From: Candidatus Limadaptatus stercoravium
GTDB taxonomy: Bacteria > Bacillota > Clostridia > Christensenellales > CAG-917
Assembly (NCBI GenBank): GCA_018710835.1
Contig: DVJC01000006.1
Span: forward strand, 1 to 36,339
Length of the DNA stretch: 36,339 nt
Direction of reading: 5' to 3'
This document shows, piece by piece, positions 1-9,194 of this stretch; the first letter of the stretch is position 1; the number at the start of each line of letters is the position of its first letter. The notes under the pieces are model-generated. The model saw only the letters and a list, made by a program, of their open reading frames with translations, was not told the origin of the DNA and ran no database searches. Both the position numbers and the translations under genes were made by a program.

Positions 1-43
1 GGCAGCCAAAAATAAGAATACGGCGGAAAACGGAAAGATTTGC

Positions 44-71
44 AAAAGCGGGGCTTTGTGCCCCGCTTTTT
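44..71. terminator. Bidirectional intrinsic terminator downstream of serA
   Basis: Inverted repeat aaaagcggggc (44-54) / gccccgctttt (60-70), 5-nt loop, A/T tracts on both sides. Confidence 0.8.
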
Positions 72-101
72 CAGTGTTTAACATTATGTTGCGTCATTAG
101 C

Positions 102-1199
102 TTATTTTATGACGCGGACTTTTATCACGCCATCTTTCGCTTCGAGTGCGGCGGCGTCGATGACGGAGTCGGTGTCGATGAGGGTATAGGTGTAGCCCTT
201 TGCCGTGGAGGACAGTCCGTCCGTACCGAGCGCTGTGCCTTCCTTGGAAAGCACGGCGATGCGGTGTTTTGTCTTGAGCTCCGCTTTGAGGCAGGGCAGG
301 TTGACGGAATTGACGATGTTGCCGTTCTCGATATAGTCCTTTAGTTCGTTCGCCGCCATGACCGCGCAGTTGTCCTCCGCTTCTTCCGTGGACGCGCCGA
401 GGTGGGGCACCGCTATGATGCCGTCGCAGGAGTTGATCTCCGCGGTGGGGAAGTCGCAGACGTACTTGTGCAGTTTGCCGCCGGCGAGCGCCGCCTTGAT
501 GTCGGACACCACGGCGAGTTCGCCGCGCGCGGCGTTGACCACCACCGCGCCGTCCGCCATTTTCGCTATCGCGGCGGAATTGATCATACCTTTGGTTTCC
601 TCGGTGGCGGGCATGTGCAGGGACACGAAGTTCGCGTCCTCATATGCTTCTTCGGCGGTGGGGCACACTTCGACGAAGGGGATCTCCGCTTTCGCCGCGT
701 CGGAGAGGTAGGGGTCGTAGCCCTTAACGGTCATGCCGAGCGCGTTCGCCGCGGCGGCGACCTTTCTGCCTATCGCGCCGAGCCCCAGCACCGCGAGCGT
801 CTTGCCCGCGATCTCGTGTCCGACGAACTGTTTCTTGCCCTTTTCCACCTGTTTCGCCACGTCGTCGCCGGTGAGAGAGGACGCCCACTTTATGCCTTCC
901 GCGAGGTTGCGCGCGGCGAGCATGAACTCGCATATCACCATTTCCTTGACCGCATTCGCGTTCGCGCCCGGCGTGTTGAAAACGACGACTCCGCGCTTTG
1001 CGTAATCGGCATGGGGGATATTGTTGACGCCCGCGCCGGCTCTTGCTACGGCAAGCACGGAGGAGGGCAGATCGTATTCCGCCATATTCGCGCTTCTGAC
1101 GAGTATGCCCGCGGGGGACGCGCTCTCGTCGACCAGGTCGTATCCGCTCAGGATCTTGTCTGCAAGAGGAGAGATGGCGTTGAGTTTCAGAATGTCCAT
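102..1199 (-). CDS. serA: D-3-phosphoglycerate dehydrogenase
   Basis: RAGAGVNNI, NTPGANANAV, Rossmann GLGAIG, NAARG, PHLGAST motifs; directly downstream of serC. Confidence 0.92.
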   Translation of the reverse strand: MDILKLNAISPLADKILSGYDLVDESASPAGILVRSANMAEYDLPSSVLAVARAGAGVNNIPHADYAKRGVVVFNTPGANANAVKEMVICEFMLAARNLAEGIKWASSLTGDDVAKQVEKGKKQFVGHEIAGKTLAVLGLGAIGRKVAAAANALGMTVKGYDPYLSDAAKAEIPFVEVCPTAEEAYEDANFVSLHMPATEETKGMINSAAIAKMADGAVVVNAARGELAVVSDIKAALAGGKLHKYVCDFPTAEINSCDGIIAVPHLGASTEEAEDNCAVMAANELKDYIENGNIVNSVNLPCLKAELKTKHRIAVLSKEGTALGTDGLSSTAKGYTYTLIDTDSVIDAAALEAKDGVIKVRVIK

Positions 1200-1206
1200 A
1201 ACGCCC

Positions 1207-2280
1207 TCACTTGTTTTCCGTTTCGAACTTCTTCATGAAGCCGATGAGCGCTTTCACGCCTTCGACGGGCATCGCGTTGTAGATGGACGCGCGCATGCCG
1301 CCGGCAAGACGGTGCCCCTTGAGGGACACGAGTCCCGCGCCTTCCGCTTCCTTGACGAACTTCGCGTCGAGCTCGGCGGAGGGGGTGACGAAGGGGACGT
1401 TCATGATCGACCTGTCTTCGGGATTGACCTTGTTGGCGTAGAAGGAGGAGTTGTCGATGAAGTCGTACAGCATCGCCGCCTTTTCGCGGTTGATCTTCTC
1501 CATGGCCGCCACGCCGCCCATCTTCTTGAGATAGCGCATGTTGAGCATCATGACGTAGATCGCCCAGCAGGGAGGGGTGTTGTAGAGGCTGTTGTTGGCC
1601 GCGTGCACGGAATATTTGAACATCGTGGGGCAGATCGCCATCTCGCCGCCGAGCATATCCTTGCGGACGATGACGAGAGTGACGCCCGCGGGGGCGAGGT
1701 TCTTCTGCGCACCGGCGTAGATGAGCGCGTACTTGTTCACGTCCGCGACTTCGCTCATGATGCAGGAGGACATATCGGACACGAGCGGCGCGCCGCAGTC
1801 GGGCACATAGTTCCACTTGGTGCCGAAGATGGTGTTGTTCTCGGTGATGTGGACGTAGTCGATGTCATCGCGGAAGTCCGCACGCGTGACTTTGGGTATG
1901 TAGGTGTAGCCCGCGTCTTCGGAGGACGCGACGAGGCGGATGTCGCCGTATTTCATCGCTTCCTTGTACGCCTTTTTGGAGAAGTTGCCCGTCACGACGT
2001 AATCCGCGCGTCCCTTCTTCAGCAGATTGAGAGGGACGGACTCGAACTGCGTCGACGCGCCGCCCTGGAGCAGCAGCACTTCGTATTCGTCGGAGATGTT
2101 CATCAGCTCGCGGACGAGGGCGATGCACTCGTTGTGTATGGGTTCGTACACCTTGCCGCGGTGGCTGAGCTCCATGACGCTCATTCCCGAACCTTCGTAA
2201 TCGGTGATCTGTCTGCCGGCCTCTTCGAGCACTTCCATGGGAAGCATGCTGGGACCTGCCGAAAAGTTGTAAACTCGCAT
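1207..2280 (-). CDS. serC: Phosphoserine aminotransferase
   Basis: YNFSAGPS, SVMELSHR, AGAQKN (PLP lysine), NTPP, GHR..GGMRASIYNA; RBS AGGAGG. Confidence 0.96.
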   Translation of the reverse strand: MRVYNFSAGPSMLPMEVLEEAGRQITDYEGSGMSVMELSHRGKVYEPIHNECIALVRELMNISDEYEVLLLQGGASTQFESVPLNLLKKGRADYVVTGNFSKKAYKEAMKYGDIRLVASSEDAGYTYIPKVTRADFRDDIDYVHITENNTIFGTKWNYVPDCGAPLVSDMSSCIMSEVADVNKYALIYAGAQKNLAPAGVTLVIVRKDMLGGEMAICPTMFKYSVHAANNSLYNTPPCWAIYVMMLNMRYLKKMGGVAAMEKINREKAAMLYDFIDNSSFYANKVNPEDRSIMNVPFVTPSAELDAKFVKEAEGAGLVSLKGHRLAGGMRASIYNAMPVEGVKALIGFMKKFETENK

Positions 2281-2318
2281 AGTGCCTCCTTAAACGGTCA
2301 AACCGGAAATACGCGAAT

Positions 2319-2348
2319 ATTATACAACATTCCGCGCCGCCGTGTAAA
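2319..2348 (-). promoter_or_regulatory. Sigma-A-like promoter of serC-serA
   Basis: Minus strand TTTACA-18 nt-TATAAT. Confidence 0.6.
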
Positions 2349-2404
2349 GAATTTAACCGTGTAAATCATTCCGTGACGGAATTTTCCGTTAGTGGTCCGT
2401 GCGC

Positions 2405-2433
2405 TTGCATAAAGCGTTTATATTTTGTATAAT
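2405..2433 (+). promoter_or_regulatory. Sigma-A-like promoter of the rnj-der operon
   Basis: TTGCAT-17 nt-TATAAT. Confidence 0.7.
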
Positions 2434-2499
2434 AAAACTTAATTTGAGAAAAAATCGGATAGGCGCGCGGCATGAGCCGGCGCGCATGACAGGAGAAAT

Positions 2500-4131
2500 A
2501 TGGCAAAATCTGTGAAAGTTGTTTTTCTGGGCGGCGTGGGAGAGATAGGTAAGAACATGACCGCCATCGAGTACGGCGACGACATCGTCATCGTGGATTG
2601 CGGCGTGGAGTTCCCGCAGGGCGACAGCCCCGGCATCGACGCGATCATCCCCGACATCACTTACATCCGCGACAACCGCAGGAAACTGCGCGGCATACTC
2701 CTCACCCACGGGCACGAGGATCACATCGGCGCGCTGCCTTACTATGCGGACGAGCTGGACGTGCCCATCTACGGCACCGCGCTCACGCTCGGACTGCTGG
2801 AGCGCAAGCTCTCCGAAAGGGGAGTGAAAGCGGATCTGTGCAAGGTGAAAGAGGGCGACACCGTGAAACTCGGCTGTTTCGAGGCGGAGTTCATCAAGGT
2901 CGCGCACTCCATGGCGGGCGCGTGCGCGCTGTCGCTGACCACTCCGATAGGCATAGTGTTCGTCACCGGCGATTTCAAGATCGACAACACGCCCATAGAC
3001 GGCAAAAAGACGGATCTCCAGCGCATTGCGGAGATAGGCGCGAAAGGAGTGCTGCTCATGCTGGGCGAGTCCACCAATGTGGAACGCAAAGGCTCCTCCA
3101 CCTCCGAAAAGATGGTGGGGCAGGGGCTTGAAAACATCTTCGTCGCCAACGCTGACAAGCGTATCGTCGTGGCGTGCTTCGCCTCCTCCAACTACAGGGT
3201 GCAGCAGATACTCTGGCTAGCGGAGAAATACGGCAGGAAAGTCGTGCTCGCAGGCAGAAGCATGAAGGGCATAGTCGAAGTCGCCTCCCGCGTCGGGGAA
3301 CTGCATGTGCCGAAGGGCATCATCGCGGACGGCGTGGGCAAACTTCCTCCCGAAAAACTCGTCGTCATCGCCACGGGTTCGCAGGGAGAGCCGACCAGCG
3401 CGCTCAACCGCATGAGCCGCGGCGATTTCAACAAAGTTTCGATAGGTCCCGACGACGTGGTCGTGCTGTCCTCGACGCCCATACCCGGCAACGAGAAGTC
3501 CGTCTACGACGTCATCAACAATCTGTTCCGCAAGGGCGCGAACGTCATATACGAGGCAATGAACGAGGTGCACGTCTCCGGACACGCGTACGAGGAGGAG
3601 CTGAAGATCATGCTCTCTCTCGTGCGTCCTAAATATTTCATGCCCGTGCACGGCGAATACCGCCACCAGTTCAAGCATGCGGAGATCGCAAAATCGCTCG
3701 GCATCAAGGAGAGCAACATCGTCATACCCAACATCGGCGAAGCGTACGGCGTCAACGCGCATTCGCTCAAACAGCATTCCAATGTGCCGGCGGGCAACGT
3801 GTACGTCGACGGCGTGGTGCTCGAGGACGGCTCTTCCGTGGTGTCCGACCGCAGGTCGCTTGCCGAATACGGCATGCTGCTCGTGCTCGCGTCAGTCAAC
3901 ACCGAGAAGGGCGTGATAGCCGGAGAGCCCGACGTCATCGCGAGAGGGTTCAACCTCACCGACGAGATAGAGCAGGAGATCGCCGGCACCGTCCGCGACA
4001 CCGTGAACGGCGCGGATTTCGACGAAAACGGGCTGGGCGAGCTTGCGCGCGCCGTCAAGAAAGCGGTGCGTAAACTGTTCTACCGCGACAGGCAGTTCCC
4101 CATCATAATCCCGATCATCGTAGAGGACTGA
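2500..4131 (+). CDS. rnj: Ribonuclease J
   Basis: LGGVGEIGKNM, THGHEDHIG, TGDFKID, TGSQGEP, HVSGHA, PVHGEYR beta-CASP motifs. Confidence 0.95.
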   Translation: MAKSVKVVFLGGVGEIGKNMTAIEYGDDIVIVDCGVEFPQGDSPGIDAIIPDITYIRDNRRKLRGILLTHGHEDHIGALPYYADELDVPIYGTALTLGLLERKLSERGVKADLCKVKEGDTVKLGCFEAEFIKVAHSMAGACALSLTTPIGIVFVTGDFKIDNTPIDGKKTDLQRIAEIGAKGVLLMLGESTNVERKGSSTSEKMVGQGLENIFVANADKRIVVACFASSNYRVQQILWLAEKYGRKVVLAGRSMKGIVEVASRVGELHVPKGIIADGVGKLPPEKLVVIATGSQGEPTSALNRMSRGDFNKVSIGPDDVVVLSSTPIPGNEKSVYDVINNLFRKGANVIYEAMNEVHVSGHAYEEELKIMLSLVRPKYFMPVHGEYRHQFKHAEIAKSLGIKESNIVIPNIGEAYGVNAHSLKQHSNVPAGNVYVDGVVLEDGSSVVSDRRSLAEYGMLLVLASVNTEKGVIAGEPDVIARGFNLTDEIEQEIAGTVRDTVNGADFDENGLGELARAVKKAVRKLFYRDRQFPIIIPIIVED

Positions 4132-4132
4132 C

Positions 4133-5230
4133 ATGCAGCGCAAACCCGTCGTACTCATTCTCACATCTTCCGACGAACGCGGCGGCGCGGCGGAAAATTA
4201 CGCCGCCGCCATAAGCGCGGACGGCAGGTTCAACACTGTGGTGCTCGGTGAGGACAAGTACGGCGCGAAGGACATCTTCGGAAAGCACAGCAAAGCGGCA
4301 TTCCGCGCGGACAAGCGCAGGCTGCTCATGAGCGGCGCGGCTTCCGCAGGCAGACTGCTGAGGGCGGGGACGTGCCGCGGCAGACTGCACGGCAGGAACA
4401 GGCGCGTCGCAAACGCAGTGAAACGCTATGCGCCGGAGTACGTCCTCACGGTCACGCCGTATGCGCAGGCGGCTTTTACGGAGGCGAAGCGCAGGGCGGG
4501 ATTCGACGTGCCGTCCGTGCATGCGGTCACGTCCTTCGTGCTTCCCGGCACGGACTATCCGGCGTATGCCGCGGACGTCTATCTTGTGGAGAACGCCGAC
4601 GTCAAGGAGGAGCTGGTGTCGAGGGGCATACCGTCCAGGCACGTTGCAGTCACGGGGCTTCCCTTCGACGCGCCGCGCGTCACCCCGGCGGAAACGGAGG
4701 ACGGCAAGCAGGAACTCGGACTTCCGCGCACGCCCACCGTGTTCGTCAATGCCGGCGGCAGGGACGCGGTGGAGATACTCGGATTGCTGGCGGATCAGGG
4801 CGACATCATCAACATCGCGTGCTATGCCGAGGACGTGAAGCTCCTTGCCGCGCTGCGCACCAGGGCGGACAGGGCGGAAACGCGCAGCAACGTCGTGCTG
4901 ATCACGCGCAAGGACATGTTCCGCGAATATCTGCTCATGAGCGACATCGTGATCACGCGGTTCGAGCCGTCCGTGGTCTACACCTGCTTCAAGGCGGGTA
5001 AACCCGTCGTCGCGTTCGGAAAGAACGCGGAGGAAGAAAAAAACGTCGCCTATCTTGCCGAAAGGAAGCTCGTCATGCCGGCGCGGTCGGACATCGACGT
5101 GGTTGCGCTGATATACAAATTCATGCAGACGGACACCGCTTCGGAGTACGTCGAAAACGGAGTGGAGAGGACGGAAATGTTCTCGCTCGAAAACACGGCG
5201 AATTATCTCGCCGCCTACTCGGAAAGGTGA
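4133..5230 (+). CDS. UgtP/MGDG-synthase-like GT-B fold protein with degenerate catalytic motifs
   Basis: Motif order resembles GT28 diacylglycerol glucosyltransferases (VTGLP, SDIVIT, GKPVV, EEEKNVAYL); coupled between rnj and DUF512. Confidence 0.6.
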   Translation: MQRKPVVLILTSSDERGGAAENYAAAISADGRFNTVVLGEDKYGAKDIFGKHSKAAFRADKRRLLMSGAASAGRLLRAGTCRGRLHGRNRRVANAVKRYAPEYVLTVTPYAQAAFTEAKRRAGFDVPSVHAVTSFVLPGTDYPAYAADVYLVENADVKEELVSRGIPSRHVAVTGLPFDAPRVTPAETEDGKQELGLPRTPTVFVNAGGRDAVEILGLLADQGDIINIACYAEDVKLLAALRTRADRAETRSNVVLITRKDMFREYLLMSDIVITRFEPSVVYTCFKAGKPVVAFGKNAEEEKNVAYLAERKLVMPARSDIDVVALIYKFMQTDTASEYVENGVERTEMFSLENTANYLAAYSER

Positions 5231-5231
5231 T

Positions 5232-6515
5232 ATGGCAATCGTAAGATCTCTCGGAAAAGCCGCGCGCCGCGCGGGAATGCGCGCCGGCGACGACCTCGTT
5301 TCCCTCGGCGGAATACCCGTCCGGGACATTTTGGACTGCCTGTATTTCGACGGGGAAGAGAAGTTCGACGCCGAAATCGTACGGGGCGGCAAACGCCGTG
5401 TGCTGCATGTGAGAAAGAGTGCCGACGAGCCGCTCGGCATCGAACTCGAAGAGGAAATGCGCCCCATGCGCTGCCGCAACAAATGCGTGTTCTGTTTCGT
5501 CGATCAGCTGCCGAAAGGAATGCGCGAAAGCCTCTACGTCAAGGACGACGACTACCGATACAGTTTCATCAGCGGAAGCTACGTCACTCTCACCAATCTT
5601 TCCGACGACGACATAGACAGGATAATACGCCTCGGACTCAGTCCGATATACATATCCGTGCACGCTTTCACCGACGAAGTGCGGAGGCGGCTGGTGACCA
5701 ATCCCGGCACCGACACTCTCATCGCTAGGATGCGGAAACTGGGCGCCGCAGGTATAAAGATGCACACGCAGCTCGTCATTGTCCCCGGACTCAACGACGG
5801 GGAGGAGCTGACGAAGAGCATACGCGGACTGCACGGCGTGGAGGGCGTGGCGACCGTCGCCGTAGTACCCGTGGGGCTGACCGGACACCGCGAAGGGCTT
5901 GCGCCCCTCCGTCCCGCGACGCGGGAAGAATCCGCCGCGACGGTGAAACAGGTGGAAGAGCTGAATGCGGAATTCGGCGGTTTCTGCTGGTGCTCGGACG
6001 AGTATTACGTCAAGGCGGGCATGCCGCCGCGCGAATACCCGTATTACGGCGATTTCGAGCAGATAGAGAACGGAGTCGGGCTTTTCGCGGAGTTTTACGA
6101 CAACGTGGACTACGAACTCTCCTCCCTTCCCGACATGCGGCTGAACAAGAAGATCGCCCTCATCACGGGGGTGGACTTCGCGCCGTACCTCAGGGAGAAG
6201 ATGAAAGAAGTTGACGCCAAAATCGGCATTTCAAGCACCGTTTTCGGCATAATAAACCGTTTCTTCGGAGAAACGATCACAGTCGCCGGGCTTGTGACGG
6301 CAGGAGATATAACAGCACAGGCGGACTGCTCGGGCATGGACGCCGCCGTCATTCCCGACAATATGCTGAAGGAGTTCGGCGACGTATTTTTGGACAACGT
6401 AACGACGGACGAGGTGTCGCGCGCTCTCGGCGTGCCGCTCATCGTCGTGTCGCACAACGGCTCGGATCTGGTGAGCCGCATCGCGGACCGTTTCCGCGGG
6501 GAGGAGAGAAGATGA
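5232..6515 (+). CDS. DUF512 family PDZ + radical-SAM Fe-S protein
   Basis: CRNKCVFC (CxxxCxxC), DQLPKGMRESLYVKDDDYR, VVPVGLT, QIENGVG; usual position upstream of der. Confidence 0.9.
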   Translation: MAIVRSLGKAARRAGMRAGDDLVSLGGIPVRDILDCLYFDGEEKFDAEIVRGGKRRVLHVRKSADEPLGIELEEEMRPMRCRNKCVFCFVDQLPKGMRESLYVKDDDYRYSFISGSYVTLTNLSDDDIDRIIRLGLSPIYISVHAFTDEVRRRLVTNPGTDTLIARMRKLGAAGIKMHTQLVIVPGLNDGEELTKSIRGLHGVEGVATVAVVPVGLTGHREGLAPLRPATREESAATVKQVEELNAEFGGFCWCSDEYYVKAGMPPREYPYYGDFEQIENGVGLFAEFYDNVDYELSSLPDMRLNKKIALITGVDFAPYLREKMKEVDAKIGISSTVFGIINRFFGETITVAGLVTAGDITAQADCSGMDAAVIPDNMLKEFGDVFLDNVTTDEVSRALGVPLIVVSHNGSDLVSRIADRFRGEERR

Positions 6516-7822
6516 AGCCTCTTATTGCCATAGTGGGACGCCCCAATGTGGGCAAATCCACGCTTTTCAACCGCATAGCCGGAGGGCAGATCGCCATCGT
6601 CGAGGATACCCCCGGCGTGACGCGTGACAGGATATACGCCGACTGCGAGTGGTGCGGCCGCGCTTTCACGCTCATTGACACCGGCGGACTCGAACTCAAG
6701 AGCGAGGACGAGATGTGGATGCACATCCGCGCGCAGGTGGAGATAGCCGTCGAAGCGTCCGACGCCATCATTTACGTCGTGGACGGCAAGACAGGGCTCA
6801 CGCTCGACGACGAGGCGATCGCGGCGTATCTGCGCAAGGCGAAAGTCCCGGTGATACTTGCCGTCAACAAGATAGACAACAACGAACTGCATGAAGCGTA
6901 CGGCTTCTATTCGCTCGGTTTCGGGGAGCCTTACGCCGTTTCCGCCGCGCAGGGGAAGGGCATCGGCGAGCTTCTCGACGCGGTGACGGACGCCGTCCCC
7001 GCCGTCGCGCCCGAAGAGGACGAGGACGTGATAAAGATCGCCATAGTCGGCAAGCCGAATGCGGGCAAGAGTTCCATCGTCAACAGGCTGCTCGGCTACG
7101 AGCGCGTGATAGTCAGCGACGTCGCCGGCACGACGCGCGACGCGATAGATACGCCCATCACCGTGGGAGGGGACAAATACGTCCTTATCGACACCGCCGG
7201 CATACGCAGAAAAAAGAGCGTCGGCGACGGATTGGAGCGTTACAGCGTTCTGCGCAGTCTGCTCGCGGTGCGCCGCGCGGACGTCGCGGTCATCGTGCTG
7301 GACTCTGCCGAGGGAGTGACGGAGCAGGACGTCAAGATCGCGGGTTATGTGGACGCGCAGGGCAAACCCTCCGTCGTGGTAATGAACAAGTGGGACCTTG
7401 TGGCAAAGGATACGCATACGATAGAGAAGTACGAGAAAAAGTTGCATGAAGACCTTAAATTCATGGACTACTTCAAGTCCGTGTATGTGTCGGCAATGAC
7501 GGGAAAACGCGCGGACGCGATACTTCCCGCGTGCAGAAAGGTGCTCGCCAACAGCCGCAGGAGGATCGCTACGGGACTTCTCAACGAAGTGCTTGCGGAC
7601 GCTACGCGCATCAGCGAGCCTCCCTCCAAACTCGGCAGACGGCTCAAACTGCTGTACATCACGGAGGCTTCCGTCGCGCCGCCCACTTTCGTGCTCAAGG
7701 TCAACGATCCCGACCTCATGCACTTCAGCTACAAGCGGTATCTCGAAAATGCGCTCCGCCGGAGCTTCGACTTCTCGGGCACGCCCATACGCCTGCTGGT
7801 GCGCGGAGGAAAAGAGGAATAA
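6512..7822 (+). CDS. der: Ribosome biogenesis GTPase Der (EngA)
   Basis: Two G domains (GRPNVGKS/DTGG/NKID and GKPNAGKS/DTAG/NKWD) and C-terminal F.GTPIRL. Confidence 0.97.
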   Translation: MKPLIAIVGRPNVGKSTLFNRIAGGQIAIVEDTPGVTRDRIYADCEWCGRAFTLIDTGGLELKSEDEMWMHIRAQVEIAVEASDAIIYVVDGKTGLTLDDEAIAAYLRKAKVPVILAVNKIDNNELHEAYGFYSLGFGEPYAVSAAQGKGIGELLDAVTDAVPAVAPEEDEDVIKIAIVGKPNAGKSSIVNRLLGYERVIVSDVAGTTRDAIDTPITVGGDKYVLIDTAGIRRKKSVGDGLERYSVLRSLLAVRRADVAVIVLDSAEGVTEQDVKIAGYVDAQGKPSVVVMNKWDLVAKDTHTIEKYEKKLHEDLKFMDYFKSVYVSAMTGKRADAILPACRKVLANSRRRIATGLLNEVLADATRISEPPSKLGRRLKLLYITEASVAPPTFVLKVNDPDLMHFSYKRYLENALRRSFDFSGTPIRLLVRGGKEE

Positions 7823-7828
7823 AGCCGC

Positions 7829-7857
7829 TTGCGCTTCGGCGCAATGTGTGGTAGGAT
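7829..7857 (+). promoter_or_regulatory. Candidate promoter of the aminotransferase gene
   Basis: TTGCGC-17 nt-TAGGAT with extended TG. Confidence 0.4.
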
Positions 7858-7916
7858 AATTGAAAACGTCCGCGGCAGGACCGCGGCGCGCCGTTCGGAT
7901 CGGCGCGAGGAGGATT

Positions 7917-9194
7917 ATGGATTATAAGTCTTTTTCCGCAAAGGAACTCGAAAATCTGCTCCGCGACGAGCAGAAACGCTTCAAGAAGCTCGTAAAAGAG
8001 GGCAGAAACGTGGATATGACGCGCGGCCGTCCCTCAAAGGAACAGCTTGAGATCGCAATGCCCATGCTGAAAGCCGCGGGCACTTACAACTATTCGGCAG
8101 AAACGTCCGACGCCCGCAATTACGGCGATCTCGGCGGTACGAAAGCGTGCAAGGCGCTCTTTGCCGAGCTTTTCGGTGTGAAACCGGAGGAAGTATTCGT
8201 CGGCGACGGCAGCAGCCTCGATCTCATGTACACGCTTGTGCATTTCGCAAAGCAGTTCGGCGTGCTCGGCGCCGCGCCCTGGAACAGCCTGAAAAAGGTC
8301 AAGTTCATCTGTCCTGCGCCCGGCTACGACCGCCACTTCTCCATCTGCCAGCAGTTCGGCATCGAGATGATCACCGTCCGCATGAAAGAGGACGGCCCCG
8401 ATATGGACGTCATCGAGTCCCTCGTCAGAGAGGACGATTCCATCAAGGGCATCTGGTGCGTGCCCAAGTATTCCAACCCCACGGGCATCACGTTCTCGGA
8501 CAGCGTGGTTGAAAGACTCGCCACCATGAAGACGGCGGCAAGCGACTTCCGCATCTTCTGGGACAACGCATACATGGTGCACAGCCTCTACGACGAGGAC
8601 GACAAACTGAAAAACATCTTTGACGTCGCGCGCAAGGCGGGCACGATGAACAGGATCTATTCCTTCGCGTCCACGTCCAAGATCACGTTTGCGGGCAGCG
8701 GCATTTCCGCTATTGCGGCGTCCGAGGAAAACATCAAGGATATCATGGGCAAGATGTTCTTCAAGTGCATCAACGCCAACAAAGTAAATCAGGTCATGCA
8801 CGTCAATTTCCTGAAAAACGCCGACGGCGTCAGGGAAGTGATGAAGAAGCATGCCGCGATGCTGCGTCCCAAATTCGAGCTGTTCGATAAGAAGTTTACG
8901 GAAGCGTTCGACGGCGACGAGTTCGTCAAGTGGTCCAAGCCGCGCGGAGGTTACTTTATTTCCGTAGACGTCAAGTCCTGCGCGAAACGTATAGTCGAAC
9001 TCGCTGCGACCGCGGGCGTCAAATTCACCGCTGCAGGCGCAACCTTCCCCTACAAACTCGACGACATGGACAGCAACATCCGCGTTGCACCGTCAGTTCC
9101 TTCCCTCGAAGAGATGGAGTTCGCCATCGACGTCATGATCTCCGCCATACGCCAGGCGCGTATGGAGATCGTCCTTGCCAAAACCAAGTCCTGA
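7917..9194 (+). CDS. PLP-dependent class I/II aminotransferase (Rv3722c-like aspartate aminotransferase type)
   Basis: DMTRGRPS, PGYDRHF, VPKYSNPTG, WDNAY, STSKITFAG (PLP lysine), P.GGYF; start moved to ATG 7917 after RBS GAGGAGG. Confidence 0.85.
   Translation: MDYKSFSAKELENLLRDEQKRFKKLVKEGRNVDMTRGRPSKEQLEIAMPMLKAAGTYNYSAETSDARNYGDLGGTKACKALFAELFGVKPEEVFVGDGSSLDLMYTLVHFAKQFGVLGAAPWNSLKKVKFICPAPGYDRHFSICQQFGIEMITVRMKEDGPDMDVIESLVREDDSIKGIWCVPKYSNPTGITFSDSVVERLATMKTAASDFRIFWDNAYMVHSLYDEDDKLKNIFDVARKAGTMNRIYSFASTSKITFAGSGISAIAASEENIKDIMGKMFFKCINANKVNQVMHVNFLKNADGVREVMKKHAAMLRPKFELFDKKFTEAFDGDEFVKWSKPRGGYFISVDVKSCAKRIVELAATAGVKFTAAGATFPYKLDDMDSNIRVAPSVPSLEEMEFAIDVMISAIRQARMEIVLAKTKS

Noticed and set aside
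7860-7916. Upstream TTG starts given for the aminotransferase (and extended starts for the GH18, amidohydrolase and esterase genes)
   Set aside because: Downstream ATGs have clear RBSs and give proper family N-termini or signal peptides
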